The notes beneath the pieces are model-generated. The model worked only from the letters and a program-made list of their open reading frames with translations. It was not told the DNA's origin and did not search any database. This document shows, in pieces, positions 22,635 to 31,808 of a DNA stretch of 64,000 nucleotides; position 1 is the stretch's first letter, and each line of letters opens with the position of its first letter. This stretch comes from Bacteroidaceae bacterium. Its GTDB lineage: Bacteria > Bacteroidota > Bacteroidia > Bacteroidales > Bacteroidaceae. The stretch spans positions 1,174 through 65,173 of the forward strand of contig JAFTEX010000104.1 of NCBI GenBank assembly GCA_017453445.1. Reading direction: 5' to 3'. The translations under genes were made by a program, and so were the position numbers.

Positions 22635-25600
22635 TCAGTTCTTGCCGAGAATCTTGTTCACGAGAGCCGTGACGTCGGCAATGGTGATGCTGCCGTCAGC
22701 GTTCACGTCGGCGGCTGCCTGATTGTAGTCGCCATCCTTACCGAGAATGAGGTTCACGAGGGCCGTGACGTCGGCAATGGTGACGGTGCCGTCGTTGTTC
22801 ACGTCGCCGGGCATGGCGGCTGCGCCGAGGTAGCGGAGACGGAAGTTGTCGAAGGCCACCCAGTTGGCCGTGGTGCTCTCAAGTTTGAAGCCCAGGGAGA
22901 CGGGAGTGCCCTGGTTGACGGTGAATGTCGGCGTCGTGAAGGTCTCAGGCACTCCGTTGGCCGAGTGGCAGCCGACCGACTGGTCGCCCAGGAAGAGCGT
23001 GGCACCCGTGACCTCGACGGAGGCGTCGTTCTGCTGCGTGGCCACCACGTCGAGCGAAAGTTGGTACTTGCCGGCGGGCAGGTCGGAGAGCGTCTGAGTC
23101 ATGGAACGATTGTCCAGCGTGCCTCCGCCAGCCACCCATGACTCTGAGAAGCGGTTGGTCAGGATGGCATCGCCGTTGTGGTAGAACGTGGTGTTCGAAC
23201 CCCAAGAGCCTTCCGTGGTCCAACCCTCGAACGTGCTGCTGGCACAGTCGCCGTTGGTGATGAAGAAGGAGTAGTCGACGGGAGCGGTCTCACTGGCTTC
23301 CACGGCCAGTACCTTGGCCTTCAGGCTCTCCATGGCAGCCACAATCTGTGCGGCCGTGGAGGTCGGATCTTCGTATACGGCTATCTCCTCGCTTCCCACG
23401 CCGGCTTTCTTGGCAGAGATGACAATCGGCCACATCTGCTGGCGGTAGGAGGCTGCCTCGATGATGCTCAGGTGATAGATGTTATAGGCTGTCGGACTCA
23501 TGAATATCCACTTGGTGCCCACGCCGCCGTGGTAGGTGGCCTTCGGGGCTGCAAGGACGTAGGGCGTGTTGCCGATGTCGCCCACGAAGCCAACCGGGCG
23601 ATTTGCGCCAAGGGCAGAGGTGCCGAGGTGGGTGTTTTGCGGGTCAACCTGCATGGTGTAGGTGTCGTCGCTTCCCTTCGTCAGCGTGAAGAAGCGCGTC
23701 TGTTCCGTCGTGTGGGATACAGTGGTCTGGGCAGAGGTCAGGAGAGCCACATTGTTGACAAAGAGATGGGGGTTGGCACCCGAACCGCCGCCGGCACTCT
23801 TGTAGCCGACACAAACCTTACCGGTCGTGGAGGCCGTAAGTGTGAAGTTGACCGAAATGGTCAGCCAGGAACCAACAGAGAAGGTCTTCTGGGAAGTCAG
23901 GTACTCGGTGCCGCTGTTGGCTATGAAACCGAAGTAGGCCTTCTCCACGGCGGAGGTTCCGCTCTGGTTGTAGACGGTGTAGTTGAGCGTGTAGGTACCT
24001 GCGGGCAGGGTGACCGTCTGGTAGTAGTAGCCGCCGCAGCCCCATACACCTAGTATGCCCAAGCAGTTGCCAGTCTCTCCGTTGGGGCCGGTGGCTGGTG
24101 CAGAATGCCCACCGCCCTGCATCTTGCCCGTAGAGCCGTAGGCAAAGAGACCGCCCACCATGCCGGAATTCGGATAGGAGGAATTGCTATTGTCGCCCGC
24201 GAGCACCGTCGATGTCCAATTGGTCACGGTCTGATAGCCATAGGGTGTGCCGTCCTTGCCATAACCATAGACGGTACCCTGCGTGGTGCCAGTGGCGAAG
24301 TTGTAGTTGGTCAGGTAGGTGGAAGTGGCATCGCCGCCGGAGGTGGTCACGCCCACGGAAGAGGCTCCGTCCACCCAAAGGCCGTCTTCACTGGCGGCAT
24401 AGAGGTAGCCGTTGTCCTGACTGAGGAAGGCGTAGAGACCCGTGGAGGCATCCTTCTCCAGCGTCCACTTCAAACCGCTTCCGCCCAGCGAGGCGTGTGT
24501 GCCGTAGCTGTTGCCTGCGGTCAGGAACTTGCCAGCCTCTACATTATAAATATAGTAGGACTCGCCCACGGTGGCCTCCTCGCTGGGTGTGGCACTGCCG
24601 CCGCCGACCTCGGAGCGCAGAATCATGCGAATGCCCAAGTGGTCGGCTGTAGTTTCTGAGTCGCGGTTACCTGCCAGCACCTCGCCGGCGGCAAAGTTTT
24701 TGTCGTTGTCCCAAAGGCCGACATACATGTTGTGGTAGAGGTTGCGGCATACCCAGTAGTCGCCGCTTGAGTTATACTCGAAACCGAAGGCAGTCTGGGC
24801 AGCCTCAACGGTATAGTTGCTGTTACGCGTGATGAAGTTCCAACTGGCAGGACTGGCAATCAGGTAGCCTGCCTCGCCCAGGTTGCGGAGGGAGTAGCCG
24901 CCGTTCGAGTTGGCCTCCAATACCCACAGTTGATAGGGGTCGTCGCCGTAGTTGCTGTTGTATGCTTTGTACTGCACGCGGTCTTCGCCACTGGCAGTCA
25001 CTGCCCATACGAGGTCGCTGCTGGCCTCCTTCGAGTAGAACTGGAAGTAGAAGTCGCCGACGTTGGCAGGCAGGTAGGTGGCATTGTCGGTGCTGCTGTT
25101 GGCGATACGAAGCGACCCTGAGGGGTACTCGGTGCTCTCGTAGATGTCCACCACGCGCCACTCATAGTTGCCGGCATTGGCCAGTGTGCCCGTGAAACTG
25201 TAACTCTGGTCGCTGCCAGAGGTCTTGTCCTTGCGGGCAACGGTGGTCAGGGTATTCCAGGTGGAGGCACTTGTGGTCTTGTACTGGACGCGAATCTCGT
25301 CCATCATGTCGCCGTTAGGGTCTTTCCAAGAGAGGGTCACGCTGCTGCCGGAAATGACACCGGCCAACGAATAGGGATTGCTGAGGACAACCGTGGGGAC
25401 GTACTCATACGACTTGTTGTAGCCAAGGCCGCCATCAGTGGCTGCGTAGGTCTGTCCGAGCGTGGTGACACCGCCATCATAGATTTTGGCTTTCGACTCC
25501 GAGTTCCAGTAGAAGTAGCGTTCCACGTATGCCGTGTTGTTGAGCGTGGAAAGAATGCTGCTGGTGTTGCTGACAATCTGGGCATCGGTCACACCGCTTG

Positions 25601-26744
25601 CAAAGGCACCATTCGAATTCCACGATGCACCCCACATCCACTCACTGATGAGCAGCGGGCGCTTGTAGTAGTTGTAGTGTGTACTCAAGCCACTGAAGCT
25701 TGCCCAATAGCAATGGATGTCATAGAGGTCGCATCGCCAGCCGCGGGCATCGATAGCTGCAAAGAACTCGTCGAACCACGCCTTGTTGTTCGACCCGTCG
25801 TAGGTAGAAGGGGAGCACAGACGCATACCCGTGCGCATGGCATCCTGCCAGTAGCCAAGCACCTCCGACACAGAAGCAGGATTGTCATCGTTGCCGTTAG
25901 CCGGCTCATTGTCGGTCTTCATGGTGCAGGAATAGTCGTTCTGACCACATTCGGCCACACCGGGCCAATAGGGATGAATCTTATGGCTGAGCCACTCGAC
26001 ATCGGGCATCATGGAACTCTGACCTACATTGTAGGTGTAGCAACCCTGTACGTTCAGGGCATCACAGACAGTGGCGTCGGTGTTGTTTGCAATACCCGAC
26101 TTACCGAAGTTCTGCCACAGGAACAGGCGGTAGGAGGACACCTTGCCTGAGAGCACGGTGGGGAGATTCATCTCCAAATCTTCTGTGTCGGCCACAAAGC
26201 AGCGGCTGTAGCCCCAGCCGGCAGTACCCGTGGCGAAGGTGACCATGTAGCCGCGCTTCAGTTTGAACGACTTGAAGTTGTTCTTCAGTTCGGTGTCGGT
26301 CAGCGTCTTCATGTAGCCGCCACTGCTGCCCGTGGTGTAACCGCTGTAGGACGTGCCCGTATAGTCTGTGCCCGTGTAGCAGGTCAGTGCCTGGAAATCG
26401 GAAGCGTAGGGGTAGACAATCGCACCCTTGTTGTACATACGGACCTGGCAGTTCGTGCCGTCGACAGCCGTTGCGCCGTTGATGCGGATGTACTTCAGCC
26501 ATGTGCTGATGACAACCGACGGCTTCAGACTCTTGAAGATGATGACGGAGTGCTCCATGGCACTGCTGGGGATGTTCAGCGTACCGTTGCTGCTGAAGAG
26601 CGACGTGGTGCGCGTCAGCACGAAGTCCGTGTTAGCCGAAACCGTGACTGCGGAGGTAATCTGATTAGCCCGCTGGGTCGTTGTATTTGCCGCCATCATG
26701 CCAAGGCTGACAAACAACGCCAAGAAGAAAGTCTTTAGTCTCAT
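22635..26744 (-). CDS. Multimodular secreted glycoside hydrolase (clan GH-A 'glycosyl hydrolase catalytic core'-like domain, Fn3, ricin/CBM-like modules) ending in a type I dockerin
   Basis: Signal peptide MRLKTFFLALFVSLGMMA. The catalytic-core-like region has TDNEPAN (acid/base-like NEP) and PLLISEWMW (nucleophile-like E). The Fn3-like segment is SVTLSWKDPNGDMMDEIRVQYK. Two CBM-like modules follow (LPAGTYTLNYTVYNQ...; LPAGKYQLSLDVVATQ...FDNFRLRYLG). The C-terminus is GDVNNDGTVTIADVTALVNLILG...ADVNADGSITIADVTALVNKILG. Confidence 0.85.
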   Translation of the reverse strand: MRLKTFFLALFVSLGMMAANTTTQRANQITSAVTVSANTDFVLTRTTSLFSSNGTLNIPSSAMEHSVIIFKSLKPSVVISTWLKYIRINGATAVDGTNCQVRMYNKGAIVYPYASDFQALTCYTGTDYTGTSYSGYTTGSSGGYMKTLTDTELKNNFKSFKLKRGYMVTFATGTAGWGYSRCFVADTEDLEMNLPTVLSGKVSSYRLFLWQNFGKSGIANNTDATVCDALNVQGCYTYNVGQSSMMPDVEWLSHKIHPYWPGVAECGQNDYSCTMKTDNEPANGNDDNPASVSEVLGYWQDAMRTGMRLCSPSTYDGSNNKAWFDEFFAAIDARGWRCDLYDIHCYWASFSGLSTHYNYYKRPLLISEWMWGASWNSNGAFASGVTDAQIVSNTSSILSTLNNTAYVERYFYWNSESKAKIYDGGVTTLGQTYAATDGGLGYNKSYEYVPTVVLSNPYSLAGVISGSSVTLSWKDPNGDMMDEIRVQYKTTSASTWNTLTTVARKDKTSGSDQSYSFTGTLANAGNYEWRVVDIYESTEYPSGSLRIANSSTDNATYLPANVGDFYFQFYSKEASSDLVWAVTASGEDRVQYKAYNSNYGDDPYQLWVLEANSNGGYSLRNLGEAGYLIASPASWNFITRNSNYTVEAAQTAFGFEYNSSGDYWVCRNLYHNMYVGLWDNDKNFAAGEVLAGNRDSETTADHLGIRMILRSEVGGGSATPSEEATVGESYYIYNVEAGKFLTAGNSYGTHASLGGSGLKWTLEKDASTGLYAFLSQDNGYLYAASEDGLWVDGASSVGVTTSGGDATSTYLTNYNFATGTTQGTVYGYGKDGTPYGYQTVTNWTSTVLAGDNSNSSYPNSGMVGGLFAYGSTGKMQGGGHSAPATGPNGETGNCLGILGVWGCGGYYYQTVTLPAGTYTLNYTVYNQSGTSAVEKAYFGFIANSGTEYLTSQKTFSVGSWLTISVNFTLTASTTGKVCVGYKSAGGGSGANPHLFVNNVALLTSAQTTVSHTTEQTRFFTLTKGSDDTYTMQVDPQNTHLGTSALGANRPVGFVGDIGNTPYVLAAPKATYHGGVGTKWIFMSPTAYNIYHLSIIEAASYRQQMWPIVISAKKAGVGSEEIAVYEDPTSTAAQIVAAMESLKAKVLAVEASETAPVDYSFFITNGDCASSTFEGWTTEGSWGSNTTFYHNGDAILTNRFSESWVAGGGTLDNRSMTQTLSDLPAGKYQLSLDVVATQQNDASVEVTGATLFLGDQSVGCHSANGVPETFTTPTFTVNQGTPVSLGFKLESTTANWVAFDNFRLRYLGAAAMPGDVNNDGTVTIADVTALVNLILGKDGDYNQAAADVNADGSITIADVTALVNKILGKN

Positions 26745-26806
26745 GATTAAAATTAGTTAATTAGTTATATAAGATTTGTCTATTTTCTTCATGGTACACA
26801 TTGGGG

Positions 26807-26814
26807 CAAAGATA
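26807..26814 (-). promoter_or_regulatory. Candidate -7 box (tatctttg) for the dockerin-bearing GH gene
   Basis: TAnnTTTG on the minus strand, 63 nt upstream of the ATG at 26744. Confidence 0.5.
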
Positions 26815-26986
26815 CAAAAATATTTGAATATCGTGTTATTTCTCCACATTTTTTTAGTATTTTATATGAAAAGAACGCCCTTTTGTGATAACATGTAACA
26901 AAAAGCAAGCATAAACATCAAAAGGAGAAGCAAAATAGGGCACAAATCAACAAGGGCAGTATCTTTATCCGAATAGGATAATAATT

Positions 26987-27020
26987 TTAGGCTTATTCCA
27001 TGCGCATGGAATAAGCCTAA
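26987..27020. terminator. Perfect 34-bp palindrome downstream of the antiporter gene
   Basis: ttaggcttattccatgc|gcatggaataagcctaa is exactly self-complementary. It lies 47 nt after the antiporter stop, and a partial extra arm copy (taagcct) sits at 27026-27032. Confidence 0.5.
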
Positions 27021-27066
27021 GGACGTAAGCCTCGCACGTGAAGCATATATTCTTGTCTGAGGCGGT

Positions 27067-28029
27067 TTATTTCATCAGTTCGCCACGGACGAGGAGCACC
27101 AGATAGGCCAAATAAGCCAGGACAAGCAGGATTCCCATCCAACGATTAATTTTTCGAAAGAGAATCGCAAAAAGCCACAAAAGAGCCGGGCCGCCTATGA
27201 ACATCACGATGTCGAGGGGGCGTATGCCTTGCACCATCATCGGGCGAATCATGGAGGCTGAACCCAACACAAAGAAGACGTTGAAGACGTTGGAACCGAT
27301 GGCATTGCCAATGGCCATGTCGATACTGCCACGACGGGCCGCAACGACACTCGTGACGAGTTCGGGCAGACTGGTGCCGGCAGCCAGGATGGTGAGCCCG
27401 ATGACTGCCTCACGGACACCCAAGTCGCGAGCAATGTTAGAGGCTGAATCCACCAACAGTTGCCCACCTCCCAACAGGAGCGCTAAGCCCAAGACCACTT
27501 TCACCCCTATCATAAGAGGGCCATCCTTTACCTCCACGACCTCCATCTCCTTCTTCTTCCGCTTGGCCAGCCAGAAGTTGTAGACCATAAAAAGGAGGAA
27601 ACAAAAAAGGAAGATGGCTCCGTCGATTCGAGAAATCTCGTTCTCCCCCGAATGCCACAGATAGGCATCAAAGCAGCACAGGCTGCACACAACGGCAGCA
27701 AAAAGGCTCATGGGGATGTCAACGAACAAGGCGCGACGATGGACGGGAACCGTGGTCACAAAAGCCGAGGCACCGAGAATGACGAGCGAGTTGAAGATGT
27801 TCGAACCCATGATGTTGCCGGCGGACATGTCGCCGCTGCCCTTCAAGGCAGAGAAGAAACTGACCACGAACTCCGGCATACTGGTGCCGAGCGCCACTAC
27901 CGTCAGGCCGATTACCACTTCCGTGATGCGGAACCGGCGAGCCAGTTCCGTAGCCCCGTCCACCATCACATCGGCCCCTTTCAATATCAAGACAAAGCCC
28001 AGAAGTACAAACAGAATATCAAATATCAT
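27067..28029 (-). CDS. Calcium/sodium antiporter (CaCA / YrbG family)
   Basis: 320-aa polytopic ORF with two alpha-repeats: [17 protein letters not shown] and [17 protein letters not shown]. Confidence 0.85.
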   Translation of the reverse strand: MIFDILFVLLGFVLILKGADVMVDGATELARRFRITEVVIGLTVVALGTSMPEFVVSFFSALKGSGDMSAGNIMGSNIFNSLVILGASAFVTTVPVHRRALFVDIPMSLFAAVVCSLCCFDAYLWHSGENEISRIDGAIFLFCFLLFMVYNFWLAKRKKKEMEVVEVKDGPLMIGVKVVLGLALLLGGGQLLVDSASNIARDLGVREAVIGLTILAAGTSLPELVTSVVAARRGSIDMAIGNAIGSNVFNVFFVLGSASMIRPMMVQGIRPLDIVMFIGGPALLWLFAILFRKINRWMGILLVLAYLAYLVLLVRGELMK

Positions 28030-28054
28030 ATCACATATTTTATGTTTCGCGGTG

Positions 28055-28062
28055 CAAAAGTA
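28055..28062 (-). promoter_or_regulatory. Candidate -7 box (tacttttg) for the antiporter gene
   Basis: TAnnTTTG on the minus strand, 26 nt upstream of the ATG at 28029. Confidence 0.5.
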
Positions 28063-28136
28063 ACACTTTTATTTGATATTTCCACCGAAAAATGCTAACT
28101 TCGCATTCCAATTACGACAATTGTTATATAATTGTA

Positions 28137-28736
28137 ATGAAAAAGATGAAAACAGGCATCCTCGGAGCCGCATTGCTCACCTTCATGCTGTCCGGCTGCA
28201 AAAAGGAACCCGCCGGCACCCACACGGAAACGGAAACGGACAGCCCGGCGCTGTGCGATTCGACGGTATGGGGCCATCTGGGAGAGGACACCGGCATGAG
28301 TGCCATGCAGTTCGTCACAGACGCCGGCGACACACTCGAAGTCTACCGCACCAGCCCCTATACGGGCAAGGACGGAAAACTCATGGGAGAGATACGGAAC
28401 ATGACGGACCGCTTCGCCTTGACGCTGACCGAGGGCAATGAGACGATGGTCACGGCTGTCAACGTCACCCAACTGTCCCAGGCTTGGCACACCCCCGAAG
28501 GCACCATGGAGATAAAGTCCGACGGGACGGTCGTGAGCCAGTCGCTCCCCTACAACGGATGGAAACTGTGGAACGGCCACATCCTGTTTTCCTCTGAGGT
28601 TGCCCAAGAGTATGGCAAAGTCACGAGAGTCGACACCATGGACATCGTCTCGCTGAACGACGATTCGCTCCTCATACGCAACCACGTGAATCAAGTGATT
28701 AGGTTGGGAGGAAATAAATTAAGGATTAAGGATTAA
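28137..28736 (+). CDS. Lipoprotein, lipocalin-like (hypothetical)
   Basis: Lipobox MKKMKTGILGAALLTFMLSGC. It is about 200 aa with a beta-rich composition. The stop codon lies inside a heptamer array. Confidence 0.55.
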   Translation: MKKMKTGILGAALLTFMLSGCKKEPAGTHTETETDSPALCDSTVWGHLGEDTGMSAMQFVTDAGDTLEVYRTSPYTGKDGKLMGEIRNMTDRFALTLTEGNETMVTAVNVTQLSQAWHTPEGTMEIKSDGTVVSQSLPYNGWKLWNGHILFSSEVAQEYGKVTRVDTMDIVSLNDDSLLIRNHVNQVIRLGGNKLRIKD

Positions 28737-28755
28737 GGATTAAGGATTAAGGATT
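28721..28755. repeat. Heptamer array aaggatt x5
   Basis: Five exact copies. The TAA stop of the upstream gene (28734-28736) is formed by the repeat, and the array ends 14 nt before the next ATG (28770). Confidence 0.95.
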
Positions 28756-28769
28756 AGGGAGCAGGAAAT

Positions 28770-28967
28770 ATGGCAGAAAGAGTCAAGGGCATGGTGCAGT
28801 GCATCAACTGCAAGAACGGGACCTACATGCAGTGGTTCAAGAATCCCATCATTTGCAAGTGCAACATCTTCAATGAGAAGTTTGTTGCCGAGGCAAAACA
28901 CATTTGCGAGGAATTCGCGAAGCGCCCCTCGGAGAAAGTTGAGGTCACACATTACGACCATTACTAA
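28770..28967 (+). CDS. Small Cys-containing hypothetical protein (65 aa)
   Basis: MAERVKGMVQCINCKNGTYMQWFKNPIICKCNIF... has CxxC plus CxC, suggesting a zinc-ribbon-like fold. I recognise no family. Confidence 0.4.
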   Translation: MAERVKGMVQCINCKNGTYMQWFKNPIICKCNIFNEKFVAEAKHICEEFAKRPSEKVEVTHYDHY

Positions 28968-29045
28968 ATCACCCGATGTAACACTTTTTGACATTTTTCA
29001 ACCCTTTTTAACGCACATTATTACCCTACGTAACGAAATATTTTA

Positions 29046-29053
29046 TAATTTTG
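29046..29053 (+). promoter_or_regulatory. Candidate -7 box (taattttg)
   Basis: TAnnTTTG 57 nt upstream of the ATG at 29110. Confidence 0.45.
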
Positions 29054-29109
29054 CAATAGAAAAGCCTCATGAGGCTACAATTCATTAATCAACAAAAGGA
29101 GAGAACGAG

Positions 29110-30597
29110 ATGAAAGTTTTAAGCATGAGAGAGAGTAAGGAACTTGGGACCGGCTTCGGTTTCAAGAAGTTTGCAGTGGCACTTGGACTTTCCGTAATGG
29201 CCCTTCCCGCCTTTGCGCAGTACGAAAAATATGACGACGGCAGTGTCGACCTGACTAACGACGAAGTACGTTGGAGCATTGCATACATCGGTGAAGAAGC
29301 CGTGGCAGAGCCCGGAAAGAAGGTCAGCGGATACGTGACCATGCTACAAATGTTCTACCAGTCGCAGAACTGGGCAGAAATGCACGAGAACTGGAAGTGG
29401 CTCATCGACAATGCCCCCATCGCCACCGTCAGCATCTACGCACGCGGTGCCGTCATGCTCGGCAACCTCATCAAGGGTACCGAGGACGTAGCCCAGAAGA
29501 AGGTCTACCTCGACGAACTGATGCACCTCTTCGACACCCGCCTGAAGTACCTCAAGTACCTCAACGCCTCCATCCCCGAAGGCAAGCGCGGACGTGCCAC
29601 CGAGGGCGACGTGCTCATCGCCAAGGCCAACTACTACCACATCTACGGGTACGGAGCCGACGGCAACAACTATACCTATAATAATATATATGACATGTAT
29701 GCCAAGGGCATCAATGCCATCAACGAAGAGGGCGGACGCGAAGTGAAGGGCCTCTACATCCAATACTTCTTCTCCGTCAGCCACGAACTCTACAAACTGG
29801 CTCCCGACTACTATCGCGAGCAGTTCCTCAACGACTACCTCTCCTCTACCGAGGTTTGTGAGAAGATGCTCCAACTTGCCAAGGAAGAGACCGACCCCGA
29901 AAAGGCTCAGAAGATTGTCGACGAGTACGATAAGCCCTTAGCCATCATCGAGCAGGTGTTTGCCGAGTCTGGTGCGGCTAACCCCGAACAGCTCATCGAC
30001 ATGTTCGCCCCCAAGGTTGAGGCCAACAAGTCGAACCTCGACTATCTGCGCAAGGCTATGACCCTGCTCGCTGCCAACGATTGCGACACGACCGAGGTCT
30101 ACTACAAGGCGGCCGAATACGCCTACGCCATCGAGCCTACCTACGAATCGGCCATCGGTATGGCTCAGTACAGCAAGAAGCAAGGGAAACTCCAGGACAT
30201 GCTCACCTACTATGAGAAGGCCATCGAACTCTGCTCCACCGATGCCCGTCGTGGACGCATCTCCCTCATCATTGCCAACAGCCTCATCAACAGCAAGCAG
30301 TACACCGGCGCACTTGTCTATTTGGACAAAGCCGTTGCATACAACTCCGACCTGGCTGGCCAGGCTTACATGAAGAAGGCCGCCGTCTATACGGCATTAG
30401 GGCAATATCCCCAGGCACTCACCTACTGCGACCAGGCCGCTTCAGCCGACATCACGGTCAGCGGTTCTGCCAACCGTCTTTCAGAGAAGATTCGCACGGC
30501 TCAGGCCAACGCCGCAGCCAACGCCCGTGCCAAGGCTGAATACGATGCCTACATCGCCAAGCAGAAGGCTGAGGAAGACTTCTGGGGAAAGAAGTAA
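29110..30597 (+). CDS. Secreted TPR-like repeat protein (hypothetical)
   Basis: 495-aa ORF with signal-like segment FAVALGLSVMALPAFAQ. The rest is helical-repeat-like (YYKAAEYAYAIEP, MLTYYEKAIELC, YTGALVYLDKAVAYNSD, YPQALTYCDQA). Confidence 0.55.
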   Translation: MKVLSMRESKELGTGFGFKKFAVALGLSVMALPAFAQYEKYDDGSVDLTNDEVRWSIAYIGEEAVAEPGKKVSGYVTMLQMFYQSQNWAEMHENWKWLIDNAPIATVSIYARGAVMLGNLIKGTEDVAQKKVYLDELMHLFDTRLKYLKYLNASIPEGKRGRATEGDVLIAKANYYHIYGYGADGNNYTYNNIYDMYAKGINAINEEGGREVKGLYIQYFFSVSHELYKLAPDYYREQFLNDYLSSTEVCEKMLQLAKEETDPEKAQKIVDEYDKPLAIIEQVFAESGAANPEQLIDMFAPKVEANKSNLDYLRKAMTLLAANDCDTTEVYYKAAEYAYAIEPTYESAIGMAQYSKKQGKLQDMLTYYEKAIELCSTDARRGRISLIIANSLINSKQYTGALVYLDKAVAYNSDLAGQAYMKKAAVYTALGQYPQALTYCDQAASADITVSGSANRLSEKIRTAQANAAANARAKAEYDAYIAKQKAEEDFWGKK

Positions 30598-30626
30598 TCC
30601 CCGAGATTCCCCAACCAACACATACC

Positions 30627-30662
30627 GAGGAGGACTTGCCAGAAATCAGGCAAGTCCTCCTC
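30627..30662. terminator. Bidirectional hairpin terminator between convergent genes
   Basis: gaggaggacttgcc (30627-30640) pairs with ggcaagtcctcctc (30649-30662), a 14-bp stem with an 8-nt loop. Confidence 0.75.
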
Positions 30663-30685
30663 AGTTTCATGCAGGAAATATTCCG

Positions 30686-31669
30686 TCACCATACAAGGTC
30701 AAAATAGAGGGGGAGATGGTCGCTGACACCTCCCGCATAGTGGGTGCCCATGTAGGTCCGGCGCGGATACCATGTGCCGTCCGTCATCATGCGTCGCATC
30801 CAGGGAGCTGCATATAGGTGCAAGGCAGGAGAAGTCCGTTGCAAAGCGAACAGACGGGGAGAGACAAGAATATGGTCAATCCAGCTCCAGTTGCCCTGAA
30901 AGCGGTATGTGCCCTCCACGGGACGACGTTTCTGAGGCACAAGATCCACGAGCGGAACCTGTCTCAGCACCTTCTTGAAAACGGCATCGGAGGGAGGCGC
31001 ATTGAAATCGCCCATGACCACGAGTTTACAGCTGGGGATGGCGGAGAGCAGGGAATCCGTCTTATTCCTCAACGTCTCGGCGGCCAGTCTTCGGTTGCGC
31101 TTCCCCATCCGTCCTCCCAGACGACTGGGCAAGTGGCACACAACCACGTGGAGGGTGTCGCCAGACAGCGTCCGTCCCCAAGCGTGGAGCAGGTCGCGCG
31201 TCGGGCGCAGCCCGTAGTCCACCGAGGGCACGCGCCACGACTCGCTCCCAAGGAGTTGGAACAGCAGGGGCTGATACATCAAGGCCACGTCCACCCCTCT
31301 CCTGTCCGGTCCGTCTGTCATGACATAACGGTAACCGAGCGCCCGCAGGCTGCCGCGCATCGTAAGGTCCCACATCACACTGTCGTTCTCCACCTCCTGC
31401 AAGGCGACCAAGGCGGGCGGCGCGTCCTCTCCCACCCCCATCACCACACGGCTCACATCCTCCACCTTCGCCCAATATCGTCCCCATGTCCACTGGCGTT
31501 CCCCGCCTGAGAGAAATTCTTCGTCCTCGTGCAACGTATCGTCCTGGCAATCAAACATGTTTTCCAGGTTCCAAGTCATCAGACGCATCCTACACTGCCC
31601 CCGCATCCCGCGAGGCAGGAAGAAGCACAAAAGGCACAAGGCACATACCTTCAGCCTCAGCCTTGACAT
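30686..31669 (-). CDS. Endonuclease/exonuclease/phosphatase (EEP) family protein, secreted
   Basis: MRLMTWNLENMFD is the typical EEP N-terminal block; LQEVEN, GDFNAP and SDHLPL are also present. The start is set at MSRLRLKV (signal peptide), but the upstream ATGs at 31678 and 31696 are possible. Confidence 0.8.
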   Translation of the reverse strand: MSRLRLKVCALCLLCFFLPRGMRGQCRMRLMTWNLENMFDCQDDTLHEDEEFLSGGERQWTWGRYWAKVEDVSRVVMGVGEDAPPALVALQEVENDSVMWDLTMRGSLRALGYRYVMTDGPDRRGVDVALMYQPLLFQLLGSESWRVPSVDYGLRPTRDLLHAWGRTLSGDTLHVVVCHLPSRLGGRMGKRNRRLAAETLRNKTDSLLSAIPSCKLVVMGDFNAPPSDAVFKKVLRQVPLVDLVPQKRRPVEGTYRFQGNWSWIDHILVSPRLFALQRTSPALHLYAAPWMRRMMTDGTWYPRRTYMGTHYAGGVSDHLPLYFDLVW

Positions 31670-31705
31670 CTTGCACATTTCACATATACTCACCATATTC
31701 CATTA

Positions 31706-31713
31706 CAAAGATA
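31706..31713 (-). promoter_or_regulatory. Candidate -7 box (tatctttg) for the EEP gene
   Basis: TAnnTTTG on the minus strand, 37 nt upstream of the chosen start. Confidence 0.45.
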
Positions 31714-31777
31714 CAGAAAATCTGCACTTCTCTTTGAAAAACAGGGCAATTTATTTCATTCTGCACTCGGATTTCAC

Positions 31778-31785
31778 TATCTTTG
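31778..31785 (+). promoter_or_regulatory. Candidate -7 box (tatctttg) for cutC
   Basis: TAnnTTTG 24 nt upstream of the ATG at 31809. Confidence 0.5.
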
Positions 31786-31808
31786 TCGGGAAATCAAGCC
31801 AACAAGAC

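Noticed and set aside
22593-23141. 182-aa plus-strand ORF at the 3' end of the dockerin gene
   Set aside because: It is antisense to the dockerin and CBM-encoding region, starts inside the terminator hairpin, and has a G/V/A/R-rich artefact composition.
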